64,000 nt of DNA from the NCBI RefSeq assembly GCF_001194135.2, contig NC_068996.1, positions 43,992,591-44,056,590 of the forward strand. Direction: 5' to 3'. The notes beneath the pieces were generated by a model that did no database searches, was not told where the DNA came from, and saw only the letters and a program-made list of their open reading frames with translations. How positions within the stretch are numbered: position 1 is the first letter of the stretch; every line of letters begins with the position of its first letter. This stretch comes from Octopus bimaculoides (lineage: Eukaryota). Shown here one piece after another: positions 1-10,975 of this stretch. The position numbers were made by a program, and so were the translations under genes.

Positions 1-57
1 TTGGTGTGTCATTGGTGTTGCTTCCAGTTCTGTTTTCTATGCTGGTATGGGTTAGAT

Positions 58-354
58 CAGGGGTTTTCAAACAGTGGTCCGCGGACCACAGGAGGTCCGC
101 AAGGACAAGACAGGGGGTCCGTAGACAGCAAATGCTTTTTATGGGCAATTTGATTTTATATATGTTTTTTAATCGAAATTTTTCAATTGACAATAAACCT
201 ATTTGTTAAATACTGTTAAATAAATAAATGTAAAAATATATGTTATTTTAAGCAAATATTTATGTATAAATTTCATAAGCGTTTATAAGGGGGTCCCTAA
301 GGTAAAACCTGAAATATAAAGGGGTCTGCAAGTCAAAAAGTTTGAAAACCCCTG
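58..354. mobile_element. hAT-type MITE with perfect TIRs and 8-bp TSD
   Basis: 15-bp perfect TIR CAGGGGTTTTCAAAC (58-72) / GTTTGAAAACCCCTG (340-354). GGTTAGAT is duplicated at 50-57 and 355-362. Confidence 0.9.
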
Positions 355-796
355 GGTTAGATGGTTTGACTGGAACTAACAAGTCAGAGAGCAGCACCAA
401 GTTCCAGTTCAGTTTGGCAATAAAGACCGTTCCAAACCAGATTGGAACTTGGCAAAGTTCTCTGGTTTGCCAGTTCCAGTCAAACCGTCTCACCCATGCC
501 AGCATGAAAAGCAGACTCTAAATGAGGATGATGACAATTTATTTTTCAATTTTTTTCTGACAATTTACTTTCATTGCATGTTAATCATTATTGTTTACAG
601 CTGTGAATTTTGCAATACGTTACCAAAGTCGACCATATTGCATGACAAGAACAGATTCTGCTGCCAACTTTCTCTAACTCTCTTTTGTTCATAATTAAAT
701 GATGAAACCTCACATAATCAATTAATACAGTAACATTAATGGTCGCTTAGAGTTGAAAGAACACCACTGTATTCAAAACTGCCTTATATTTGAACA

Positions 797-1090
797 TGAA
801 GGCACGTGGCTTAGTGGTTAGGGCATTCAACTTATGATTGTAAGGTCATGAGTTCAATTCCCAGTGACACATTGTGTCCTTGAGCAAGACACTTCATTTC
901 ACGTTGCCCCAGTCCACTCAGCTGGCAAAAATGAGTAGTACCTGTATTTCAAAGGGCCAGCTTTGTCGCACTCTGTATAACGCTGAATCTCCCTGGGAAC
1001 TATGTTAAAGATGCATGTGTCTGCTGAGGGCTGTTCTGTTGATCGTATCAGCTGGGACCCTCATCATCATAACCGACAAAGTGCTCGTTA
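797..1090 (+). mobile_element. tRNA-headed SINE (family D)
   Basis: A box TGGCTTAGTGG and B box GAGTTCAATTCC, then the CCTTGAGCAAGACACTT body. Related copies at 9662-10003 (-) and 58164-58472 (+). Confidence 0.75.
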
Positions 1091-1120
1091 TATTTGAATA
1101 TATTCATCATCAACATCATC

Positions 1121-1415
1121 ATCGTCGTCGTTTAACGTCCGCTTTCCATGCTAGCATGGGTTGGACGATTTGACTGAGGACTGGTGAAACCAGATGGCTA
1201 CACCAGACTCCAATCTGATTTGGCAGATTTTCTACAGTTGGATGCCCTTCCTAACGCCAACCACTCTCTGAGAGTGTAGAGGGTGCTTTTACGTGTCACC
1301 GGCACAAAGGCCAGTCAGGAGGTACTGCTGACAACAGCCACACTCAAAATGGTGTATTTTATGTGCTACCCGCACAAGAGCCAGTCCAGGGGCACTGGCA
1401 ACGATCTCGCTCGAA
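1121..1415 (-). mobile_element. RTE-tail-type retroposon (family C) with (GAT)n tail
   Basis: CCATGCTAGCATGG...GGATGCCCTTCCTAACGCCAACC body with a (CAT)n run at its 3' end on the minus strand. Other copies at about 4533-4715, 18535-18752, 20333-20558, 42500-42790 and 62665-62965. Confidence 0.75.
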
Positions 1416-1685
1416 AGTTCTTCTCGCTTGAAAAATCTACAATTAATGTCTAGGCTTTGAATACCATTGAATTTTTAATCTTTTCAAATATTTTTCAGAA
1501 ATAAGCACATGAAAATTAATATAATGAGAAGATTGATTTTATGAGTTTATAGCAAAATTCTTAATTAAATTATCGATTAAAAAAGATTAAATGACTTTAT
1601 TTGATTTTAATATTGTGAAAAGAATGCTTCGGTTATTATTTCTCTTAATTCATCAATTAATTGCTGCTGGATACAATTTAAACTT

Positions 1686-2250
1686 ATGACTGTCTTGCCT
1701 CTCTCATCCTTCTCTCTCTCTCTCTCTCTCACACACTCTCTCTTTTCTCTCTTCCTTTCCCTCTTTCCTCTCTCTATCTCTCTCTTTCTCTCTTCCCTTC
1801 TCACTTTCCTCTCTCTCTCTTCCTTTCCCTCTTTCCCCTCTCTCTCTCTTTTCTCTCCTCCCTTCCCACTTTCCTCTATCATCTTTCTCCCTTCCCTTCT
1901 CACTTTCCTCTCTCTCTCCCCCTCCGTTTCCCTCTTTCCTCTCTCTCTCTCTTTCTCTCATCCCACTTTCCTCTCTCTTTTTCTCTATCTCTCTCTCTTT
2001 CTCTTTCTCTCTCTTCCTTTCCCTCTTTCCTCTCTCTCTATTTTCTATCTTCCCTTCCCACCTTCCTCTATCATCTCTCTCTGCCTCATCTCACTCTCAC
2101 ATCTCTCTCATCCCGTTCTCTCTTTCCTCTCCCTCTCTTTTTCTCTGTTCCCTTCCCATTTTCCCTCTCTCTCTCTCTCTCTTTCCCTCTCTCTCTCTCT
2201 CTCTCTCCCTCTCTCTCTCTCTCACACACACACCACACACACTTATATCT
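1686..2250. repeat. CT-rich low-complexity tract
   Basis: Degenerate (CT)n/(CTTT)n; source of the spurious S/L/F and R/E ORFs. Confidence 0.9.
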
Positions 2251-3048
2251 GTATCTGTTATCATTTACTTTCAGTCTGAAAAAAATAACAAATACAATTG
2301 AGTAACCACACCCCCTCCCAGCTGCGAGATCTCTGTCTTGCAAGTTATTTGGTGTTCCCTAATGGCATTGGTAAAAGCCCCCAGTACACTCTGTAAAGNN
2401 NNNNNNNNNNNNNNNNNNNNNNNNNNNNNNNNNNNNNNNNNNNNNNNNNNNNNNNNNNNNNNNNNNNNNNNNNNNNNNNNNNNNNNNNNNNNNNNNNNNN
2501 NNNNNNNNNNNNNNNNNNNNNNNNNNNNNNNNNNNNNNNNNNNNNNNNNNNNNNNNNNNNNNNNNNNNNNNNNNNNNNNNNNNNNNNNNNNNNNNNNNNN
2601 NNNNNNNNNNNNNNNNNNNNNNNNNNNNNNNNNNNNNNNNNNNNNNNNNNNNNNNNNNNNNNNNNNNNNNNNNNNNNNNNNNNNNNNNNNNNNNNNNNNN
2701 NNNNNNNNNNNNNNNNNNNNNNNNNNNNNNNNNNNNNNNNNNNNNNNNNNNNNNNNNNNNNNNNNNNNNNNNNNNNNNNNNNNNNNNNNNNNNNNNNNNN
2801 NNNNNNNNNNNNNNNNNNNNNNNNNNNNNNNNNNNNNNNNNNNNNNNNNNNNNNNNNNNNNNNNNNNNNNNNNNNNNNNNNNNNNNNNNNNNNNNNNNNN
2901 NNNNNNNNNNNNNNNNNNNNNNNNNNNNNNNNNNNNNNNNNNNNNNNNNNNNNNNNNNNNNNNNNNNNNNNNNNNNNNNNNNNNNNNNNNNNNNNNNNNN
3001 NNNNNNNNNNNNNNNNNNNNNNNNNNNNNNNNNNNNNNNNNNNNNNNN

Positions 3049-3089
<41 letters not shown>

Positions 3090-4309
3090 CATATATACGA
3101 CGCTTCTTTCAGTTTCCGTCTACCAAATCCACTCACAAGGCTTTGGTCATCCCAAGGCTATAGTAGAAGACACTTGCCCAAGGTGCTACACAGTGGGACT
3201 GAACCCAGAACCATGTGGTTGGTAAGCAAGCGACTTACCACACAGCCACTCCTGCGCCTTATTTGTGATTTTGCCAACCAAAATGTTCATATTTTTGCTC
3301 TCATTATAAGATAGGCTGAGGGTGGTAAGCTGGCAGAATCGTTAGCATGTCGGATGAAATGCTTAGTGATAGTTTGCATGTTGCTACATTCTGAGTTCAA
3401 ATTCTGCTAAGGTCGACTTTGACTTTCATTTTTTTGAAGTCGATAAATTAAAAACCAGTGTAACACTGGGGTCGATGTAATTGACTAGTCCCCTCCGCAA
3501 CAATTTCAGGCCGTGTACCTGTACTAGAAAGGATTATAAAGTAGGCTGATGGAAAAAAAAATGAAGGCATGTGGTCAAGTGGTTAGGACGTTGCACTCAT
3601 TGTTACAAGATCATGGTTTCAATTCTTAGACTGAGCATTTCATTGTTTTTGAGCAAAACACTTCATTTTATGTTCTTCCAGTCCACTCAGCAATAAATGA
3701 ATAACCATGTGGTGAATTAGCATTCTATTCAGGTAAGGAATATTGAGATTTTGGTTACTTATTTGCCATAGAAACTTGGTTACTGGCTTGAGGAGTCCTA
3801 GAACTCAAGACAGTAATCCAAGAGTTGACGATGAAAACTTTAGCGCTGAGTCTTCTTTTTTTTTTTTGGTTCTTGTTCTGCCATTCTGTCTTGGATTGTA
3901 TTCTGATTATGCGCATGTTACCGTTCTAAGTTGAAAAGGTCTTCATTACCGAGAGCAACAGATTACAATCTGAGCAATTCTCTGATAAAACCGTCATCTA
4001 TTCTATACATTTCCAACGGTTTTGTTCTTCTTTAGTCAAGAGACAAACCAATACCAATAACCTGTCACAGGGTTTCCAAGACTGTGTCTTCCATAGCACT
4101 GGGCCAATCAAAACCTTGTAAGTGCATTTGGTACAAGGAAACTAAAAGAAGCCCATTGTATATATATATGCAAAACTGAGTAATACCAACTGGTTGATAA
4201 CTGATGGAGAAATGGGGTCCTTCTGTGTTTGTCTTCCTTCTGGTTGTATGCTCAGTAGACGTTATGTCATTTGTTTATTTACCATACATTTTTTCATCAA
4301 TTATATATT

Positions 4310-4357
<48 letters not shown>

Positions 4358-4499
4358 AGTGAGTGGACAAATGAAAGAAAAGGGCACTCAACACAACAGG
4401 AGTTACATGCATTATTTCAAACAGTTTGATTTGGTTCCCCTGCTACTTCAAGTTTCGCAGGCCCTTAACAAATAAAATGGAACCAAATGAAACTGTTTT

Positions 4500-4534
<35 letters not shown>

Positions 4535-5094
4535 TATGTAAAAGCACCTACTACACTCTCAGAGTGGTTGGCGTTAGGAAGGGCATCCAGCTGTAGAAAC
4601 TCTGCCAAATCAGATTGGAGCCTGGTGTAGCCACCTGGTTCGCCAGTCCTCAGTCAAATCGTCCAACCCATGCTAGCATGGAAAGCAGACGTTAAACAAT
4701 GATGATGATGATGATGCTCGTGCTAGTGCTATGTAAAAAGCACCCCGTACACTCTGTAGAGAGATTGGAATCAGGAATGGCATCCTGTTGTAGAAACCAA
4801 GCCAAAACAGACTATGGAACCTGATGTGGCCTTTGACCTTGTCAGTTCCTGTCAAGCTGTCCAACCCATGCCAGCAAGGAAAACAGATGTTAAACATTGA
4901 TGATGGTGATACGTGTGTGTGTGTGTGTGTATGCGTGTGTGTGTTTGTCCTTGTCCTCCCACTATTTGACAACCAGTGCTGTTTTGTTTATGTCCCTCAT
5001 AACTTAACTGTTCAGCAAACTTACAAAATAAGTATCGGGATCGATTTGTTCAACTGAACTCCAGCATGATTGCAGTCAAATGACAGGCAAGTAA

Positions 5095-5450
5095 ATGGTA
5101 AAAGATATACATGGCGGTGACGGCGGCGGCGCTGGTGGTGGTGGTGGTGGTGGTGGTGATGGAAACTATATGTGTTGGTTCATGTGCATGCATGTGTATA
5201 TTTGCATGTATATACTATATACGTGTGTGCATGTCTGTATAGGTGTTTCAGTACACGAAAGAGGGAGAAGAGAGACAGGGAGGGGAGAGAGACAGAGACA
5301 GACAGACAGACAGATAGAAAAAAAGAGAGAAAGAGAGCAAAAAGAGAGGGAGACAGAGAGACGGAGAAAGAGAGAGGCAGAAAAAGAGAGACAGACAGAC
5401 AGATAGATAGAGAAAGAGGAAGAGAGAAAAAGAGAGTGAGATAGAGAGAG

Positions 5451-5515
<65 letters not shown>

Positions 5516-5680
5516 CAGAAAAAGAGAGACAGACAGCCAGACAGATAGAGAAAGAGAAAGAGAGTGAGACAGAGAAAGAGAGAGAGATAGAGACAGAGAG
5601 AGGCAGAAAAGAAAGAGAGAAAGAGAAAGAAAAAGACAGACAGAGCGAGAGAGAGGCAGGCAGGCAGGCAGACAGGCAGC
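5095..5680. repeat. GGT, TG and GA-rich microsatellite block
   Basis: (GGT)n, then degenerate (GA)n/(GACA)n. Confidence 0.9.
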
Positions 5681-6239
5681 CAACCTAGAAATCTAACAAC
5701 CATCCAATATTAAGATTTGATATGACAGGGAATCAAATACAGAGATTTAAAAATAGAAGTGAATGAATGTGTTTGGAGGACACTTTGCGTAGATCTGTTG
5801 TTGCCGTCGTCATCGTTGTTGTCTCTGATCAAGAAGACCTATAATCAAAAGCATTCCAGCCGTGACCATCCCGTCTTTTACCTAGTGTAAGGAACTCTGG
5901 TTCACATTTTTTTCAACGCAGCTCCACTTCTGATGAGAGGATATTGGCTGCTATTTCTAGCAGGTTGATCAATCACGTAGTGGCTTTCCTTACAATATGA
6001 TTTTTTTTTCTCTGTTAGTCTTTTAGTCTTGTAGCAGCGTGCCTGTTATGGTCATGCTGGAGCAGTCTTTTATTTATTTATTTATTTATTGATGAAAGAG
6101 AACGAGTAGGCACCAAAAATGGTCGGAAATATAGGAGAGAAAATCTAATAAATGAAATAAATAAATAAATAAATAGAAGAGTGAAATGAGAAATTTAAAG
6201 AAAGGAAAGTGTGTGAAAGAAAGAGAGGAGAAAAGAATT

Positions 6240-6270
<31 letters not shown>

Positions 6271-6655
6271 ATAAACGGAAGAAAAAAAAAGAGAAATTAA
6301 AGCGGTAAGAGATGAGAAGATAAAAAGAAAGGGGCGAAGGTGGAAAAGAAGATGAGCGGTATTGAGGTGGTGGTGGGGAATACAAATAAAGCGGGGGGAA
6401 AACAACAGGGGAGGAGACAGATTAAGGAGGAAAAGAAGGAGGAGGGGAAGAGAGAGAGAGAGAGAAAGAGGAAGAGGATGCGAAACAAAATGCAGACGAC
6501 ATAGGAGAAAAGATAGAAGGGGAAAGATAGAAAAGGAAGAAAGAGTAAGAAATAAAATGAAATGCTAAAAATAAAATAAGAAAATACCTAAAGAGAAAAA
6601 AATTAACAACAACAACAACAAAAAATCGATGATTATTTCCTAAGTTTTGCTAGCG

Positions 6656-6700
6656 TGACGTCAGTCGTATAAATTATAATAAAATATGATAATTCACTTC
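6656..6700 (+). promoter_or_regulatory. Candidate 7B2 core promoter: CRE + TATA + Inr-like
   Basis: Perfect palindromic TGACGTCA at 6656-6663, TATAAA at 6668-6673, and TCACTT with A at 6696. Confidence 0.55.
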
Positions 6701-6830
6701 GTGTATTTATCGAACTGACAACAGGTCTTATAGTTCCTGTTAAGACGAACATCGTCATTCACCAGCAGAACTCAGCATCATTTATATTGAGGTCATTTAA
6801 TAACAATTCCAGCCAAACTGCCAGATACAG
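6696..6830 (+). other. SCG5: Candidate non-coding 5' UTR exon 1 of the 7B2 gene
   Basis: Begins at an Inr-like TCACTT 28 nt below TATAAA, contains no ATG, and ends at donor cag|gtgaga (6830/6831). The first coding exon starts at an acceptor, so an upstream exon must exist. Confidence 0.55.
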
Positions 6831-7061
6831 GTGAGAAATTTATCTACAAGAAAAATATACTTATATATTTTTTTTTTACGTTTTTTTTTCTCTTTCATTC
6901 GGTGAAATGCTTATATAATATCATTTGTTATTTGTTATTCGCAATATTATGGAGGATTGTTGATGTTGATTCTGGAGTTTGTGTGTGTGTGTGTTTCTTT
7001 TCTTTAATNNNNNNNNNNTATATATATGAAAGTGAGTAAAAAATAATACCAATGAAAATTG

Positions 7062-7088
7062 CATTACTTTCCGGACTACCCTCGTATA
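7062..7088. mobile_element. Isolated mariner-type terminal inverted repeat
   Basis: Reverse complement reads TACGAGGGTAGTCCGGAAAGTAATG, resembling mariner TACGAGG termini. The partner end is not seen (adjacent N gap). Confidence 0.4.
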
Positions 7089-7371
7089 TAAATGAATACA
7101 CAAACGTAGTCAATACTGTCCTACACTACACACACACACACACACACAACATATACATATCACACGTATTCACATACATAAATATTGATACACACACATA
7201 CGAATACATACATACACACACACATCTATGTTTATGTACGTATATGTCAAAACGAAAGTGAAAGTACGAGGAAGTAAAGAAAATATAAGCGCTGAGTGGT
7301 GGGAGGAGGAATAACTATACGGTTTCGAATACAAATCAAAATATGTTTTTCGGACCCAAATATGGTTTTCG

Positions 7372-7428
<57 letters not shown>

Positions 7429-7670
7429 GCTTGTTTGTGTCCACCCCTCTTTCTCGTCTCTCTCAGTTCCTCCTATCTTTTTCATTTTGATGTCATTCAC
7501 TATTTGATGTCTTCTGCCTCTCACCACTTATATCAGCTTGTATATGCTTGTATATTCATGTAGTCGCGCATGTACGTATGGCACTTACGCAACACACGTG
7601 TACGCCTATGTAACAGACATGCACAGTAAATAACATACGGCCGGGCAAACATGTTATATATGTATATATA

Positions 7671-7711
<41 letters not shown>

Positions 7712-7721
7712 AGAGTATATG

Positions 7722-7839
7722 ACATTCCTTCGATATTGGTCAACAGAGTGTCGGTGAGAGAAGACGATGTTATTCACCCTCTTTATGTATGTCATGATGT
7801 AAGGTTGTGTGGGTGAATGTACCAATATCGAAGGATTGC
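7722..7839. mobile_element. Small TIR element (MITE), copy A
   Basis: TIR TCCTTCGATATTGGT...ACCAATATCGAAGGA. The interior matches the reverse complement of copy B at 9499-9642. Confidence 0.7.
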
Positions 7840-7853
7840 AAGATCTGTGTGTT

Positions 7854-7891
<38 letters not shown>

Positions 7892-8570
7892 TATGTGTGA
7901 ATGTATTGGGAAAAAAAGTGAGAATGTGATAAAATTAGAATTATGAGATTTCATGAAAGCAAAAACAGAATATTTTTGTTACTTTCTCTATTTGTCTTTT
8001 CTCTTCTTGCCTTTTCCTTTCGCTGTTTCGCTTTTCGTCATTTTTCTTGTATTCTTATAAATTGAATAATCAACAAATATGTCGAGAGAAAAAAATATAG
8101 AATTAAATCTGATCAATATGGCGGCTTGCCAGTCCTGTATGTTGAGCGAAAGGCGACCAACAGGAATGACATACCTGGGTTTTATTTCTTAACACTTTTG
8201 TAGGAATGATTTGGCATCCTTAAAAACAAAACACATATTGACGGCTTCGGTAAAGAAGTCATTTATACATGTTTTTTTTCTTTTAATGTTGCCTATGTTT
8301 TAGCCACGTGATTGAGTACGAACATAACCGCCAAGGATTGCGATTTTGTTTGTTTTGTGGTTGAGAGGGTCAAAAATTGAAATAAATAGCAGGAACGTTA
8401 TAAGGAACATAATAAGTTGACCATTAATGTATTTTATTTTCTCCTCTCATTGGAAACGGAATGGTTTTATGTATACAACATACTTGCATTTAAAGCACTT
8501 CCCGCCCTGTACATAAACACAAATACTCCTCCTACTTACATGAAAACAATGGCCCACACACGTCCTAAAC

Positions 8571-8800
8571 GGTGACCGGTAAATAAAGTCACAATTTTGA
8601 CTAGGAAAAAAATCACAGGAAAAAAGTTACAATTAATTTATGGCGGCCGGTAATAAAGTCACAGTTAATTTATAGGATCCGGACAAACCCCACCTAGGAC
8701 AAAACCCCCCGGGCAAAACCCTACTGGACAAAACCCCTGTGACTTATTTCCTGTGACTTTATTACCGTGGCTTTTTCCCTGTAACTTTTATACCTGGATT
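8571..8800. mobile_element. Mutator-like (MULE) MITE with 10-bp direct repeat
   Basis: CGTCCTAAAC flanks both sides (8561-8570, 8801-8810). Imperfect TIRs carry repeated AAAGTCACA / TGTGACTTT subterminal motifs and internal GGACAAAACCC repeats. Confidence 0.7.
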
Positions 8801-9426
8801 CGTCCTAAACATATGGTATCTTATGCTATTGGCATCCCTAAGTTGTTTAATTTCTAAATGATTCTGTTTTCCTTCTAACACAAATGTACAATCTTGTGTT
8901 GTCGCTGTCGCGATGGTATTAGCAAAGGCTGTCATCGCGATGATCCTGATTCAACAGTTTAATGACGGAACGTAATTAGTCAGCTGGACGACTAATTGCG
9001 ACCTGCGGATCCATAGATTCGGAAATGTCATTCCTTCGTTTAGTATCATACATGCTGTAAATCTTGACATAACAGCAGTTAAATTAATTGCATGCTGTGT
9101 CCAACGCGTGGAAGTCAGACTCGTTAGCGTAGCAACGCACAGGGTTAGTGCCTCGTGGGCAAGAACACTCGGTGTCCTCAATTTAATTAACAGACATCAC
9201 AAGAGCATATTTTGCGACTACAGGAGAATGACTCCCTATTTCGTTCTCGACCCCTTTTTAACCTTGTTTGAGAATGTTGTGGTGTATCCATTGTGAAATC
9301 AAAAATGTTCGTTGCCTAATATCAATAGATTCAAAACACATATCAATAAACGATATTATTTACTTGATGTTTTTGAGTAGAATCTTATTCAGACTGTGAA
9401 ATTTGAAAAACATACGTACATCGATC

Positions 9427-9475
<49 letters not shown>

Positions 9476-9498
9476 ACATCTATCTTTACATAACACAG

Positions 9499-9642
9499 GC
9501 AATCCTTCGATATTGGTACCTGACGTCATTCATCCATGCAATCTTCCCTCATGACGTAGCTAACGAGGCTAGGTTAGAAAAAAAGGGTGAATGACCGCGT
9601 CTTCTCATACCGACACGCTGTAGACCAATATCGAAGGATCGC
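9499..9642. mobile_element. Small TIR element (MITE), copy B, containing TGACGTCA
   Basis: TIR GCAATCCTTCGATATTGGT...ACCAATATCGAAGGATCGC, with a perfect CRE at 9521-9528. Confidence 0.7.
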
Positions 9643-9661
9643 CCATAATACGTATATGTGT

Positions 9662-10003
9662 ATAAACATGCTGAGAGCCCCTTCGGTCATGACTGACCAT
9701 AGGATTGCACCTAGTGAGTTACCCTCCAAGGCACAAGTCCAGGCAATGATGTTTATGGAAAACCAGCAATCATCCATGCATACCAGTTTCCCCTCTCCAC
9801 ACCACCGATGTTATCCAAGGGAAAGGCAAAGGCTGATACAGCTTGGCACCAGTGACATCAGAACTCATTTCTACAGCTGAGTGAACTGGAGCAATGAGAA
9901 ATAAAGTGTCTTGCTCAAGAATACAACACGCAGCCCGGGCCGGGAATTGAACCCACAACCTCACGATCGTAAGCTCGACGCTCTAACCACTAAGCCATGC
10001 GCC
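9662..10003 (-). mobile_element. tRNA-headed SINE (family D), CpG-intact copy
   Basis: Minus strand GGCGCATGGCTTAGTGGTTAGAGCG...GGTTCAATTCCC head followed by the SINE body. Confidence 0.8.
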
Positions 10004-10565
10004 TTCACTATATAAACATACATATATACATACGTACTTACAGAGAGCCGGCTCAAGGTACCGGCAACTCAGGCAGTTGCCCGGGGCGCTATGTGCTATC
10101 TAGTCTTCATTTTCATTTTTTCACCTTGTAAAAATTTTAAAAAATTTTACTTGTAAGGGCGCCGAAGTTCAGCTTGACCTGGGCGCCAGCAACCCTAGGT
10201 CCTGTCCTGTACATACATACATCATGGGCTTGACGAGAATGTCCACTGAAGAGGATATGGATCCACCATTATCTGCATAATTTGTGCAACCTTCACCCCG
10301 AAAAATTACATAATTAAAATAGATGTTAGATAAGAATTGTATTTGTATCGAGCCATGAAGCTATGAGTGGGCGTCCGAACCTGTCAATCACCCCTCCCTC
10401 CTTGTCACTCGGAATTATACATGTATGTGGTGGGGCGATCAGCAAGGCGTTTATTTTAATGCAAGCATTACCGAAGTCTTACAGTCGTTAGAGACAACAG
10501 ATAAATCAGTAAATTCTGCTTATCATTTAGAAAACTCCATTAAGCATTAGGTGACAAATACAAAA

Positions 10566-10975
10566 GTAGGAGTGGCTGTATGGTAAGTAGCTTGCTTACC
10601 AACCACATGGTTCCGGGTTCAGTCCCACTGCGTGGCACCTTGGGCAAGTGTCTTCTACTATAGCCTCGAGCCGACCAAAGCCTTGTGAGTGGATTTGGTA
10701 GACGGAAACTGAAAGAAGCCCATCGTATATATGTATATATGTGTGTGTGTGTATGTGTTTGTGTGTGTGTGTGTGTGTGTCTGTGTTTATCCCCCTAACA
10801 TTGCTTGACAACCGATGCTGGTGTGTTTACGTCCCCGTAATTTAGTGGTTCGGCAAAAGAGACCGATAGAATAACTACTAGGCTTCCAAAGAATAAGTCC
10901 TGGGGTCGATTTGCTCAACTAAAGGCGGTGCTCCAGCATGGCCACAGTCAAATGACTGAAATAAGTAAAAGAGTA
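10566..10975 (+). mobile_element. tRNA-headed SINE (family A) with internal microsatellite, near full length
   Basis: GGAGTGGCTGT(G/A)TGG...GGTTCAGTCCC head, GCACCTTGGGCAAGTGTCTT body, internal (TA)/(TG)n and AAGTAAAAGAGTA tail. Many further copies, e.g. 3094-3258(-), 21297-21468(+), 27809-28222(-), 40213-40940(+), 41514-41830(+), 44169-44650(+), 47762-48290(+) and 49984-50392(+). Confidence 0.85.

Noticed and set aside
9941-10003. tRNA-like sequence (A and B boxes), also at other SINE heads
   Set aside because: It continues into a multi-copy SINE body with no closed acceptor stem, so it is not a tRNA gene.
10041-10209. Possible hAT MITE (CAGAGAGCCGGCTC ... GTCCTGTCCTG)
   Set aside because: TIRs are poorly matched and there is no 8-bp TSD, so it cannot be supported beyond resemblance.
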